Source: Heterodontus francisci
Taxonomy: Eukaryota
Reading direction: 5' to 3'
DNA: 64,000 bases
Assembly: GCF_036365525.1 (NCBI RefSeq)
Contig: NC_090386.1
Span: 83,596,999-83,660,998 of the forward strand
Of this stretch, positions 36,986-49,803 are shown in pieces. A model generated the notes under the pieces. It had not been told where the DNA came from. It saw nothing but the letters and a program-made list of their open reading frames with translations, and made no database searches. The position numbers and the translations under genes are program-made. The stretch's first letter is position 1, and the number at the start of each line of letters is the position of its first letter.

Positions 36986-37412
36986 AGATTGGCGAAGCTA
37001 GGGCTGTTCTCCATAAAAAAGAGAAGGTTGAGAGGAGATTTGATAGAGGTGTTCAAAATTATGAGGGGATTGGACGGAGCAGATAGGGAGAAACTGTTCC
37101 CATTGGCAGAGGTCGAGAACCAGAGGACACCGCCTTAAGGTGATTGGCAAAAGAACCAGAGGTGACATGAGGAAAAACTTTTATACGCAGCGAGTGGTTA
37201 GAATCTGGAATGCACTGCCTGAAAGTGTGGTGGAGGCAGATTCAATTGTGGCTTTCAAAAGGGAATTGGATTATCATCTGAAAAGAAGAGATTAGCAGGA
37301 CTAAGGGGAAAAGGCAGGGAAGTGGAATGAGCTGAGTTGTTGTCTCAGAGAGCCAGCCTGGACATGACGGGCCAAATGGCCAACTTCTGTGCTGTAACCA
37401 TTCTATGATTCT
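36986..37412 (+). mobile_element. CR1 (HER1-like) 3' fragment; its 5' continuation lies at ~35625-35650
   Basis: KLGLFS..RRLRGDLIEVFKIMRG and RVVRIWNALPE; TTCTATGA tail repeat. Confidence 0.88.
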
Positions 37413-38899
37413 ATAGATTGCTCAGCCCAAAACTGAGCAAGTGACAGCCCGAACTTAACGGAAAATACACTCAATCCCTACAGCATTCAGTCACTTAGAA
37501 AGCTACAGGTTCAGTTTATACTGGACCCAGAGGAGCCTAGGAATTAAGGGTACAACTCCACACTAATCTGAGTCTACTAAAGAGTTTCTTGCAATTTTAA
37601 TTCCAATGCTGCCAATAACATGTCATTTTCTATCCACAACTCATCGTGTTTCATCAGCATAAATAAAACAAGAGCCAGACAGGAACTTCACTTTAAATAA
37701 ATGATTACTCCAATCATGTCATTCACAGCCAAAAATAACTCTACAACTTAAGAAAATCTTCTTATTTCAAGATTGCTTTTCTGAAAACCAGAGCAATCCA
37801 AGAATAATATTCCCAGATATAAAGCATGGGTATCACTGGTTTCTTGTTTCACTCCAGCTTCTCTTGAAAGAAGTTAAATAAGATTTACTGTGTCAAGGAA
37901 ATAAATTTTAAGAGAAGTTGAAACAAGAAACTCCAGTCCATTTTCAAGCTACTGATTTTAATTATTGAGAATATTATTTTTGGAATCCTTTTCATTGTCC
38001 AATAAATAATCTTTAATGATTTGCTGAAGGTTACTTTTGGTAATGAAGCAAATAATTCAGAAACTCCATTGCTGATTTTAATTACTACAGTTTGCAGAGA
38101 CCTTGAATATCTGGGAGCATCCCAAACTGGTGCCCTTTAATCTTCATTCACATAGATCATGGTAACAAACCTATGGCACAATGCTTTATTATTCTAAGCT
38201 GCATGCAAAATGGTCACCTTTATGTATACCTTGAATATATGCTGGGGTGGAGAAACTTGGACAACTGTGGTGGAAAGGAAGATGAGTTTTGTAGCAAGTC
38301 TCTGGGGTAGGGTTTTGAAAGTTGGGATGCCTGAACACAAGATCTAACTCTTCCCAGCAGTACAGAGATATGGTGTTGATATTAATGATCAAAACAACAA
38401 TCAGTGTTTCCTGACAGGTCTGGGACCATATTCATAAAGAGCTTTGACCAGTGTATGTCTGTGAGTCCTGTTAACAATGTGTGCTTTGTTAATATGGATA
38501 GTATTATAAACACACTAATAACATTCACATCTAAATCCCCCTTAAAGAGCGGAGGTGGGCGGTGGGGAGGGGGGTGGGCATGGTGGGGAGGTGGGGTTGG
38601 GGGTGATGGTGGTTTCCAGAATGAATCATTTTAGGACATCTGTTTGAAGCTGTGCCCATATAAGATTAGCTCTTGAATGTGGATGTGCACAATATGTCAC
38701 CATGTTTGGATATTTTTGCAAATGATTAGAAGGTACGGACAATGCCGATTGGTAACAATGGAGGATAAAATAAAATTCCATCCCTGTTCAAACAGGAAAA
38801 ATGTACATGTTACAATTTGGGCTTTCCCCTAACACTTTTAAACCGTGTTCATTGGAAACATGCTGTTACTGCTTATGACTTCACACCTGATGTATACAG

Positions 38900-40200
38900 G
38901 AAAAAATTTAAATAGTTGTAGAAAGCCCCATATTTGGAGGCGTCTCCTGCCACAGTGACACTGGGCCGCATAAGAACATGCCAAATAGCCAAGACATTTC
39001 ACTAAAGGCTTGACCACAATGAGCTGGCAGAGATTCAGTGGAGTGAGCCAATGCTTGAGCATGCACAAGCTCAGACCACCTAGGGCATGAGGGGGACACA
39101 TTATGAAACAGCAGGGTGGTACAATTAGAAAGCTGAACTCTTGGCCTATCATTATAACTAAAAACCAGTTGAGGAACTGAAACCGTAAGAGCTCTGACAG
39201 ATAGTGCTACAACGGATGTACTGAAAAATGAGTCAATGATCGTGCTTTATGGGATGAAGAAAGCACCCGCCACATTCCAGTGGTCAGTGGATAATGTCAT
39301 GCCATAATAAGGCTACTTTCAGTCAAACATGAGATGGGCACTCCATCTATATACTAACCCAGTTGAAAAAAACAGGGTTCACTGTTAAGAAGCAAACATG
39401 CAACAGTAATATGACTGAGATTTGTATTTAGGCCACCATGTGGGAGGGAGAGAAACAGAGCTCCAGCCAGGCTTTGTTGGATGTCATTGCACATATACAC
39501 CTACTCTCCAACTAAGAAACTGTTGCAAGCATTCTTCAAGTTGGCCAGTTATTGTCACAGGTTCATTCCCAACAATCAATATAGTCACACTTTTATCTGA
39601 TTTCACACAGAAAGAAAATGTCAACCAAATCTGTTGAGGTAGGTCTCCAGAAACAGCTGAAGAGTGGAGCTGCCTTCATAGACTTGTCATTGGCATACAC
39701 GGTTTTCTGGTGTGATAGCCTGCTGCTGAACCTTTCAACAATCATTCAATGTTGATGCAACATTCTTCAGTACAGTTAAAGATTTTTCTGTGTGCAGATC
39801 CCACGCTAGGTAGTTAGATTATTTCTGAGCCTTCACAGTCCATACTGTCTCATTGGATATGAGTACAACCCTCAGTACTGCGCTCAATTAATCTGACTCT
39901 GTGGGGATCATGCATTTACCTGAATTGTAAGCTACTGCCATGGAAAATGGCCTAGTTAGCAATTGTAGAACAATGTTTAAGCACCATCTGGACTGCAGCA
40001 TCTACAACCTTTTTTATATGGAATTGCATTTATTGTGTATTCTGCTCACAGACCCTTAATGTGGTTACAGCCAACTCATGACAAAAATGCACATCTGTTG
40101 CAATGAAGCATTGCCTTACAAAGATATAAGATGACTATTCAACACCATGATAATTTCTAAAACAGGAATGCTGACATGCTCTCACGATAGGATTAAATAC
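38900..40200 (+). mobile_element. Decayed Gypsy pol (RT-RNase H)
   Basis: YGMKKAPATFQ (~39250), YLGHHVG (~39425), PTKKLLQAFFKLASYCHRFIPN (~39505-39575), PFTVHT (~39830) and NADMLSR (~40170), in canonical order. Confidence 0.75.
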
Positions 40201-40639
40201 GATTCTGGCTCTCACGGCTACTTTGCCAGCGGTTATGAGGAGTATTGAATCCAAAAAAGGAAGTCATGGGATAAAAGTGAAATATTATTGTTTCAGATCC
40301 AGCTTCCTGTTGGCGTTTTTAATCCTGTCATGGTACATAAAGTGGTCACAAACCAGCTTCACTCACAGATATCATGTCCCAGCTGAACATGTTACAGTGG
40401 TTCCAGAATTAGCCTGTTTATCTGAAGCTGGTATCCCGGGGAAGGACCAAGCCATTCCATTCAGCTACACATTTGGAAATTTTTAAATAATATAATTAGC
40501 CCTGGTCACTTTTTTGACAGATATTTATCAATGCCTTGTTTAAACCTGAATATCTCCCTGAAACTTGGTAAAAGAAATAGGCCAGATAACTTCCATAGAT
40601 CATGAGAAAACGAAAGGAAATTCAGTTAGGAACAAATAA

Positions 40640-40770
40640 GTTCTGACAAAAGGTCATCGACCTGAAACGTTAACTTTGTTTTTCTCTCCACAGATGCTGC
40701 TTGATCTGCTGAATATTTCCAGCATTTTCTGTTTTTATTTCAGATTTCCAGCATCTGCAGTGTTATATTT
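40640..40770 (+). mobile_element. Penelope-like terminal remnant with a hammerhead-like motif
   Basis: CTGACAAAAGGTCATCGACCTGAAACGTTAAC followed by CACAGATGCTGC..CTGCTGA. Confidence 0.75.
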
Positions 40771-41374
40771 TTGACCATATAGTTTAGTGTAGCAATTGCA
40801 AACTATTAATTACTTTTTATTCCTTGGGAGCTAACGGGCTTAAAGCTTATGTAAAAAAAAAATGTTGTGCTATTGTGCTATTCAATTGATCTCTGATATG
40901 GGTGGAGGTTAACTAGGATTCCAGTAGAGTTTGGTCTGATGAAAAAATTGACCATGGATACAGGTCCAAAGTAAAAAAGTGACACCATGGAAAGTGGCCT
41001 GAGTCTATTGACTTGTATTGTTTCCTAACTGAGACTACAAATTAAATACAACATGGATTTATCAACTGATTGAGTTTAGTGGTGTTTCTCTTCAATTTAA
41101 CTTCTTAACAAACCTGGTTGGTGATTTATAGCCTGAGATTGATGGTCTATCAGACTGGTATTTGCAAGCCCATCAGAGAGAGAAGTTGCTTATGGTATCA
41201 GTCTGTATGATTTCTACTTTGTATCCATCAGTATGAAGGTTTACTGTTCACCCTGCAGCCAATATTTAAGGGTATTTCCCATATAAAGTCAAGCTCTCAC
41301 TCACAGGGAGTGCAGCCTTGCTTGTGAAAGCATAACTTTGCAATGGGCATGAGAAAAAAGAAAAAAAAACAAAA

Positions 41375-41826
41375 AGAAAAGACTTGCATTTATGTAGTGC
41401 CTTTGACAAGCAGCAGACATCTCAAAGCACCTCTTACAGCCAATGAAATACATTTTGAAGAGTAGTCACTGTTGTAATGCAGGAAATGTAGCAGCCACTA
41501 TGCGCACAGCAAACTCTCACAGCAATGTCATAATGACCAGATAGTCTGCTTTTTTGTGATCTTGATTGAGGGATAAATATTGACTAGGGCACCAGGGATA
41601 ACTTCTCTGCCCTCCTTTGAAATAGTGCCATAAGATTGTTTACATTCACCTGAGCAAGCAGACGGGGCCTTGGTTTAACGTCTCATCCGAAAGATGGCAC
41701 CTCTGGCAGTGCAGTTGCAGTACTGCACTCAAGTGCCTTGATTGTTGTGTTGAAGCCTGGAGTGGGACTTGAATCCAGAGCCTTGGACTCAGAGACAAAA
41801 GTGCTATCAACTGAGCCACAGCTAAC
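41375..41826 (-). mobile_element. SacSINE1/DeuSINE-like SINE, near full length
   Basis: Head TGGCTCAGTTGATAGC..GATTCAAGTCCC, core and tail all present. Confidence 0.85.
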
Positions 41827-41924
41827 ACTATGCAATGAAAGCATAACAACAGTTGCCATCATTAAGGCAAGGAAAAAGTAGAAGATAACAACAGAAGAAG
41901 CTTAAACACAACTGACTTTTTAAT

Positions 41925-42770
41925 TTCTATTTATTTGTTCTTGGGATGTGGGCAACATGAGCAATGCTTCATGTATTGCCCACTCCCAGTTGCCCTGAGA
42001 AGGTGACAGTGGTAGGCCTTCTCATTAAAATTTCCTTGTGGTGCCGGTGCTCCCATAATGTTGCCATCCTGGGAATTCCAGAGCTCTGGCCCAGCAATGT
42101 TGAAGAAAGGGCAATGTATTGTCTGAGAGTGGATGATGTGTGATTTGGAAAAGAACTTGGAGGTGATCATGCTTCCACAATATTTATGCTCTTCTTCTTC
42201 TTGGTGGTAGAGGTCACAGGGGAATGAGGTGCTGTCAATGCACCCTTGGTGATTTCCTGCAGTGCGTACTGTAGATTGCCTGTAATGCATTGGCACTGCA
42301 CTGCCAGTGGAGGGGTGGACGTTGAGTCAAGTGACTGGGATATCAATCAAGCTCTGCCTTGGATGGTGTTGATCTTCTTGAATGTTGTCACAGTTGCATC
42401 CATCCAGGTGAGTGGTAAATATTCCATCACATTCCTGATGAGGCCTGTAAATGTCTGGATCAAGTGATTCTGGCAAAAGCCAAACTGAGAATTGGTGAGC
42501 AAGTTATTGACGAGTAGGTGTTGTTTGATGGCACTATTAATAGGGAGTAAATGACTATGTTAGATTTGTCCTTTGTTTTTATTAATTGGACACACCTGGG
42601 CAATTTTTCTGATTATCATGCAGATGCCAATGTTGTAGATGTACTGGAACAGTTTGGCTAGCCAAGCAGCTGACCCTGGTGCACAGGTCTTCAGCTGTAC
42701 CTGTACTTCCAGGTTGTTGCTAGAGTCAGTAGCTGCTTCTTAATATCACATGGAGTGAAGTGAAATGGCT
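41925..42770 (-). mobile_element. Old CR1-group LINE family B remnant
   Basis: Reverse complement of the family B 3' end (GGATGTGGGC..TATTGCCC..TTGCCCTGAGAAGGTG) and upstream pieces. Confidence 0.75.
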
Positions 42771-44006
42771 GGGCATATTTCACACACTTGAGCTATTTAA
42801 CCTCAGGCAAGATCTCTCTGATGTTTCTCTCCCCTCCAAAGTGAGAAATGACTTTCACTTTGTCCCTTTTCAAAATGTGGGGGAAGAGGGGGGCATCTAG
42901 GTGAAGCAGTAAAGCTTTTCATCATTGGAGCTTGAACATGGATTAGTTATTTTATTTCTGTATTTACTTAACAGTTTTCTGCTTTTCTGTGATGTTTATC
43001 AGTCAGTCAGCCAATCAGTCATTCTAACCAAACTGGCCATAAGTAAAATAAGGAGCTCCATCTACTGTCTGCCTACCTGCTATCGCTCTTCCTTTCAGGT
43101 CTTCTCAAACACCAATCCCACTGACCCAGCTTGGTCCTTGCACATGAGCTTTGTCCACCTAAGATCCCCTTCATCACCTTTCAAGAATACTGGTCTACAG
43201 TCAAACAAAATTCTTACTGCATGGTGTCTGTTCCTTCTCATTACTTAATTGTTGGTTGTGAGAAGGGGACCATCTATATAATTGTTAAAAAAATAAAATG
43301 TATTTCCCTTTCTGTGTTGCAGGTGGTTACAATTTTGAAGTTTAGTTATAGAATAACGGGCGATTGGTGGCACACCACACAATAAATTCAATAAGTGAAT
43401 ACGGGAAGGCCCAACGGTCGAGTGGGTTACGAGTTCCCGAATCCTTGAACTGAATTAGCTTGCGGTGTACTACTCTCACAAGTCAGTTATTCTATTTATA
43501 CCATTCTTTGGTTTAGTAAAATCATATTTTTTCCGCAGGCTTTTTATACTTGTGACTCCAAATAACATCAGAACTTCTTAGTTTGAATATCTCACCAATT
43601 GTATCTTGTTGGTATCTGACATATGTTCAATGAACATAGCACTATTGCTATTACCACGTAATTGCGACCCCCCCAAATTCTTTTGCTGTCAGTGGCATTT
43701 CCACAACCCACTTTATTGTGAAGGCCTCTTGATTTGCTGATTCTGTAATGTGAGTCATCCCACTCTCCACAATGTCACAGCAAGTGGAAGGCTACCGTTG
43801 GTTGTCAGAATAGTATCACTTCCATCTCTGCTAAGTCTCTCAAAGATGTTCCAATCTCCCGAAGTCTTGACTCCCACACTATTTCAGGTCCTCAGCTCTT
43901 TGTCCAATCCTTACCCTTTTTTCCTGCTCATTTATTCACACAACTCTGTGGAACTCATGATCTCCACCAGCCTTCCCTTCATCTTACGATTCAATTAAAA
44001 AAAAAA

Positions 44007-44572
44007 TTGCTGCAGTGTTCCAGTGAACATCAACGCAAGCTCGAGGAACAGCATCTCATCTACCGATTAGGCACACTACAGCCTGCCGGACTGAACATTG
44101 AGTTCAATAATTTCAGAGCATGACAGCCCCCCATTTTACTTTCATTTTTAGTTATTTTTTCTTCCTTTTTTTAACATTCTTTTTTACAATCTTTTTTTTT
44201 GCATTTATTTCATTTCATCTTAGTTTGTTCAGTTTGCTTACCCACTGTTTTTTTTCAGGTTTGCACTTGCTGCTGTTCAATATTCAGTGTATTAACACCT
44301 AATCTGTACTAATGCTTTGTCTTTCAACACACCATTAACATATTGTTTGCCTTTGCTCCGTGACCTTTTGGTCAGCTATGTGGCCTGGTCCAATCTAGAC
44401 CTCCTTTGTTATCTCTTGCCCCACCCCCACCTCACTTGCTTATAACCTGTGACTTTTCTAATATTTGTCAGTTCCGAAGAAGGGTCACTGACCTGAAACG
44501 TTAACTCTGCTTCTCTTTTCACAGATGCTGCCAGACCTGCTGAGTGGATCCAGCATTTCTTGTTTTTTTTTT
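44007..44572 (+). mobile_element. Penelope-like element 3' end: GIY-YIG C-terminus, T-rich UTR and hammerhead-like motif
   Basis: LLQCSSEHQRKLEEQHLIYRLGTLQPAGLNIEFNNFRA* (stop at 44121-44123); CCGAAGAAGGGTCACTGACCTGAAACGTTAAC at 44474-44505. Confidence 0.88.
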
Positions 44573-46067
44573 AAAAAACAGGCTTTGTGCCACCTAAGTT
44601 GAATATTTAAACAGTGCTGAAAGACATTTTTATTGGCATATTTTTTCTATATATCTATTGGTAGAGGGACAAAAATTGTTTGTATAATATTAATTTATAT
44701 CTGCATTGTATTAGTGAAATTTAAAAAATGATCACCATCAGCATAAATACATTTGCACCAATATATAAGGAAAATTAGGCCTTTCCATTGTCAACAAGGA
44801 TGACGTTACAGAGTGATTCTGCTGCATAAATTATATTCTTTGTTGTAAAAGATTTCACAAAGATTATACTATTATTTGCACTTTCACCATTTATGGAAAA
44901 ACATAGGTCTTTAATAATTATTCTAATAATTCTTAGATGATAATAAAGATTCTCTATTGTCCAATGTTGCTAATTAAGATTGTGAAGTTTGACTTCTGCT
45001 AAAATACATTAAACAGCTACCAAGCAAAATGCATTAATCCTTACTTTTCCTTCACGAGAATGCTTTCTACTTGTCAAGTTCACCAACGGCTACTGTTTAA
45101 TGTAAGAAAAGGGTGTTGATTTTAAACATTTGCACCAAACCATTTCCTTGTCATTATCTTAATAAAACATGCATCAAGTTAAAGCCCTTTGACTGCCAGG
45201 TTACAACCTCTCTCTGGATACTTACATTGAGTGTAGGCAATCTGAAAGCAGGTCTAACAGTAGGATTTCATCTCTTATCTTTTAGCATTAACTGTCTAGA
45301 TGATTTATTTGGGGACAGTTAGGAAGAGGAGTCAATAGATTCTTAAGAAGGGACAAATCAAATGACCTGCGAACAGTCAGTGATGTATTACATATAGTGC
45401 CACACATCATTCCAGTCAGCTTCTATCTTAGATTTGTTTTTGTGTTTTTTTAAGTGCAGGATTTGTTTCTCAAATGAACAGAACAATATAATTTACAATT
45501 TCAAAAACAAACTATCATGACATAAAAGCCTATTTCTTGTGTGACTTTGTCTTGGTGTTGGAAATGTGAAAGCAATTGGGTGAAGCAGGGACTGGAGAAT
45601 CTAACATTACCTACTTTGCTTGTTATTCATTGGAAGAGCTAAATGTATTGTTTAGCCTAACATTCTGCATAATCAGATCTTTTATTTCCTTATATGAATG
45701 CTTTTAGATTGTGGTATAGTACCACAGCAATGCAATAAAGCAAAAAAAAAAAAATCCAAATAGATACTTAATGTCAGATATTTTTTAAAATGCATGAACA
45801 TTTGTTAAGTTTTTTTTTACTTTCATCCAGTACTTTTTCAGGCCTGGTCCTGTTGCCTGATACTTTCTTAGGCTGTGACTACATCCCCCCTCCCAACCCC
45901 TCTGCAAATTCTCAGAGCTTGTTATAGCCAACTAGACCTGGATAAATCCATGAATCCTACATTACCATTATTTTACTTCTCTTCCTCCATTTCTGCTTTC
46001 CTCCTTCATTTCTGTTTCGCACCTCTTTCACTCTGTTTTTCTCTCCCATAAGCTTTCCATCAGGTCC

Positions 46068-46503
46068 TTCATAGCTGTGGTTCAGTTGATAGCACTCTCA
46101 CCTCTGAGGCATAAGTCTCCTAGCTCAAGACCTACTCGAGGACTTAAGCAGAAACATCAAGGCTCATACTCCAGTGCAGTACTGAAGGTGTGCTGCACTG
46201 TCAGAGGTCCTGTTGTTTGGATGAGACATTAATCTGAGGCCCCTTCTGCTGCTTTGGTGGATGTTAAAGATTCCATGGCACTATTTTGAGGATATCTCTC
46301 AATCAACATTACAAAAGCAGATTATCTGGTCATTATCACATTGAAGTTTGTGGGAATTTGCTGTGTGCGAAATTGGCTGCCATGTTTCATGCATTTACAA
46401 CAGTGACGACATTTAAAAAGTACTTAATTGGTTAAAAAGAGCTTTGAGACATCCTGTGGCCATGAAAAATGCTATATAAATGCAAGTCTTTGTTTCTTTC
46501 TTT
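46068..46503 (+). mobile_element. SacSINE1/DeuSINE-like SINE
   Basis: Head, CAGTGCAGTACTGAAGGTGTGCTGCACTGTCAGAGG core and GCTATATAAATGCAAGTCTTT tail. Confidence 0.85.
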
Positions 46504-46601
46504 AGATGTCCACTTATTTTGCCTGTCTTTCCTCAATGCCACTGGATTCAGCCATACCAAAGCTTTAGAATGATTATTTACTCACCAATATTTGCAAGAG
46601 T

Positions 46602-46732
46602 GATATGTGGAAATTTGGCAGAGCCGGTAATCAATTTCTTAAGGGCATAAACGTAGCACCTAATGAAAATAAAGAAAACCAAGGAAGCAGTTATGAAAAG
46701 GCTTTGAAAATTAGATAAAGCACCAGATACAG
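46602..46732 (+). repeat. Left copy of a 131-bp direct repeat (TSD of RTE copy 3)
   Basis: Matches 49673-49803 with 5 substitutions and no gaps by manual comparison. Confidence 0.95.
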
Positions 46733-46735
46733 AAC

Positions 46736-49672
46736 TCTTTGGCCTCCTTATCTCGAGAGACAATGGGTAAGCGCCTCGAGGTGGTCAGTGGTGTGTGGAG
46801 CAGCGCCTGGAGTGGCGATAAAGGACAATTCTAGAGTGACAGGCTCTTCCACAGGTGCTGCAGAAAAATTTGTTTGTCGGGGCTGTTACACAGTTGGCTC
46901 TCCCCTTGCGCTTCTGTCTTTTTTCCTGCCAACTGCTAAGTCTCTTCGACTCGCCACACTTTAGCCTCGCCTTTATGGCTGCCCGCCAGCTCTGGCGAAT
47001 GCTGGCAACTGACTCCCACGACTTGTGATCAATGTCACAGGACTTCATGTCGCGTTTGCAGACGTCTTTAAAGCGGAGACATGGACGGCCGGTGGGTCTG
47101 ATACCAGTGGCGAGCTCGCTGTACAATGTGTCTTTGGGGATCCTGCCATCTTCCATGCGACTCACATGGCCAAGCCATCTCAAGCGCCGCTGACTCAGTA
47201 GTGTGTAAAAGCTGGGGATGTTGGCCGCCTCGAGGACTTCTGTGTTGGAGATACGGTCCTGCCACCTGATGCCAAGTATTCTCCGGAGGCAGCGAAGATG
47301 GAATGAAGTGAGACGTTGCTCTTGGCTGGCATACGTTGTCCAGGCCTCGCTGCCATAGAGCAAGGTACTGAGGACGCAGGCCTGATACACTCGGACTTTT
47401 GTGTTCCGTGTCAGTGCGCCATTTTCCCACACTCTCTTGGCCAGTCTGGACATAGCAGTGGATGCCTTTCCCATGCGCTTGTTGATTTCTGCATCTAGAG
47501 ACAGGATTATGGTGATAGTTGAGCCTGGGTAGGTGAACTCTTGAACCACTTCCAGAGCGTGGTCGCCAATATTGATGGATGGAGCATTTCTGACGTCCTG
47601 CCCCATGATGTTCGTTTTCTTGAGGCTGATGGTTAGGCCAAATTCGTTGCAGGCAGCCGCAAACCTGTCAATGAGACTCTGCAGACACTCTTCAGTGTGA
47701 GATGTTAAAGCAGCATCGTCAGCAAAGAGGAGTTCTCTGATGAGGACTTTCCGTACTTTGGACTTCGCTCTTAGATGGGCAAGGTTGAACAACCTGCCCC
47801 CTGATCTTGTGTGGAGGAAAATTCCTTCTTTTGAAGACTTGAATGCATGTGACAGCAGCAGGGAGAAGAAAATCCCAAACAGTGTAGGTGCGAGAACACA
47901 GCCCTGTTTCACGCCACTCAGGATAGGAAAGGGGTCTGATGAGGTGCCGCTATGTTGTATTGTGCCTTTCATATTGTCATGGAATGAGGTGATGATACTT
48001 AGTAGCTTTGGTGGACATCCAATCTTTTCTAGTAGTCTGAAGAGACCACGTCTGCTGACGAGGTCAAAGGCTTTGGTGAGATCAATGAAAGCAATGTAGA
48101 GGGGCATCTGTTGTTCGCTGCATTTCTCTTGTATCTGACGAAGGGAGAACAGCATGTCAATGGTCGATCTTACTGCACGAAAGCCACACTGTGCCTCAGG
48201 GTAGACGCGGTCGGCCAGCTTCTGGAGCCTGTTTAAAGCGACTCGAGCAAAGACTTTCCCCACTATGCTGAGCAGGGAGATTCCACGGTAGTTGTTGCAG
48301 TCACCGCGGTCACTTTTGTTTTTATAGAGGGTGATGATATTGGCATCGCGCATGTCCTGAGGTACTGCTCCCTCGTCCCAGCACAGGCAAAGCAGTTCAT
48401 GTAGTGCTGAGAGTATAGCAGGCTTGGCACTCTTGATTATTTCAGGGGTAATGCTGTCCTTCCCAGGGGATTTTCCACTGGCTAGAGAATCAATGGTATC
48501 ACTGAGTTCCGATTTTGTTGGCTGTACGTCCAGCTCATCCATGACTGGTAGAGGCTGGGCTGCATTGAGGGCGGTCTTAGTGACAACATTCTCCCTGGAG
48601 TACAGTTCTAGGTAGTGCTCAACCCAACGGTTCATTTGCTTGCGTTGGTCAGTGATTATGTCCCCTGATTTAGATTTGAGGGGGGCGATCTTCTTGATGG
48701 TTGGCCCAAAAGCTCTCTTAATGCCATCATACGTTCCTCTGATGTTTCTGGTGACTGAGGCCAGCTGAATATGACTGCATAGGTGTTGCCAGTAGTCATT
48801 TGCGCAGCGCCTGGCTGTTCTTTGTGCAGCGCTTCTGGCTGTTTTAAGTGCTACGGATGTTAACTCGCTGGGGGCTTTCTTGTAGTTCAACAGTGCAATG
48901 CGTTTAGCGGCTATGACAGGTTCCAGCTCTTCAATGTGATATTGAAACCAGTCTGCATTCCTCTTCGCAAGTTTGCCGTAGGTGGTCAAAGCTGACTCAT
49001 AGATGGCGTCTCTGATGTGGGCCCACTTGGTCTCAGCATCCCCTGTGGGAGTGTTTTGAAGGGCTGTTACAAGTGAATTTAGAAATTTTTGTAACAGCTG
49101 TGGGTGAGAAATTCTGCTCGTGTTGATGCGCGGGTGGCCCTTCTGCTTGGAATGATGCAACTTCTTTGGTCTGGGTCTAACCTTGCTGCACACCAGGGAG
49201 TGGTCGGCGTTGCAGTTCGCACTGTGGAAGCTGCGTGTGATTTGAACACTGTTTAAGGAGGCTCACCTTGTGACGATGAGGTCTAGCTGGTGCCAATGAC
49301 GCGATCTTGGGTGCCTCCATGAAACCTGGTGACAGGGTTTAGTGTGAAAGAACGTGTTGGTGATGCAGAGGTTATGATAGGTACACAACTCAAGCAGTCT
49401 CTGCCCATTCTCATTCATCCTTCCAATGCCATAGCGCCCAAGGCAGGAGGGCCATGAGTCATGGTCGGCCCCAACCCTGGCATTAAAGTCCGCCAGCAGG
49501 AACAGGTGTTCGGTGTTGGGGATGCTACTAATGATATTATGGAGTTCCTCGTAGAACTGGTCTTTAGCTTCAGGTGGGGAGCAGAATGTTGGAGCATAGG
49601 TGCTGAGTAGGTGTACTGGACCAGAGGTGGTGAGCAGTCGGATGGACAGTATGCGTTCCGAGCCATTTGAGG
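46736..49672 (-). mobile_element. RTE-clade LINE copy 3, 5' truncated within the endonuclease domain
   Basis: 802-aa open segment 46785-49193 with an FADD RT motif; same 3' UTR as copies 1 and 2. Confidence 0.97.
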
Positions 49673-49803
49673 GATATGTGGAAATTTGGCAGAGCCGGTA
49701 ATCAATTTCTTAAGGGCATAAATGTAGCACCTCATGAAAATAAAGACAACCAAGGAAGCAGTTATGAAAAGGTTTTGAAAATTAGATAAAGCACCAGCTA
49801 CAG
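49673..49803 (+). repeat. Right copy of the 131-bp direct repeat
   Basis: Matches 46602-46732 and abuts the RTE 5' truncation point. Confidence 0.95.
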
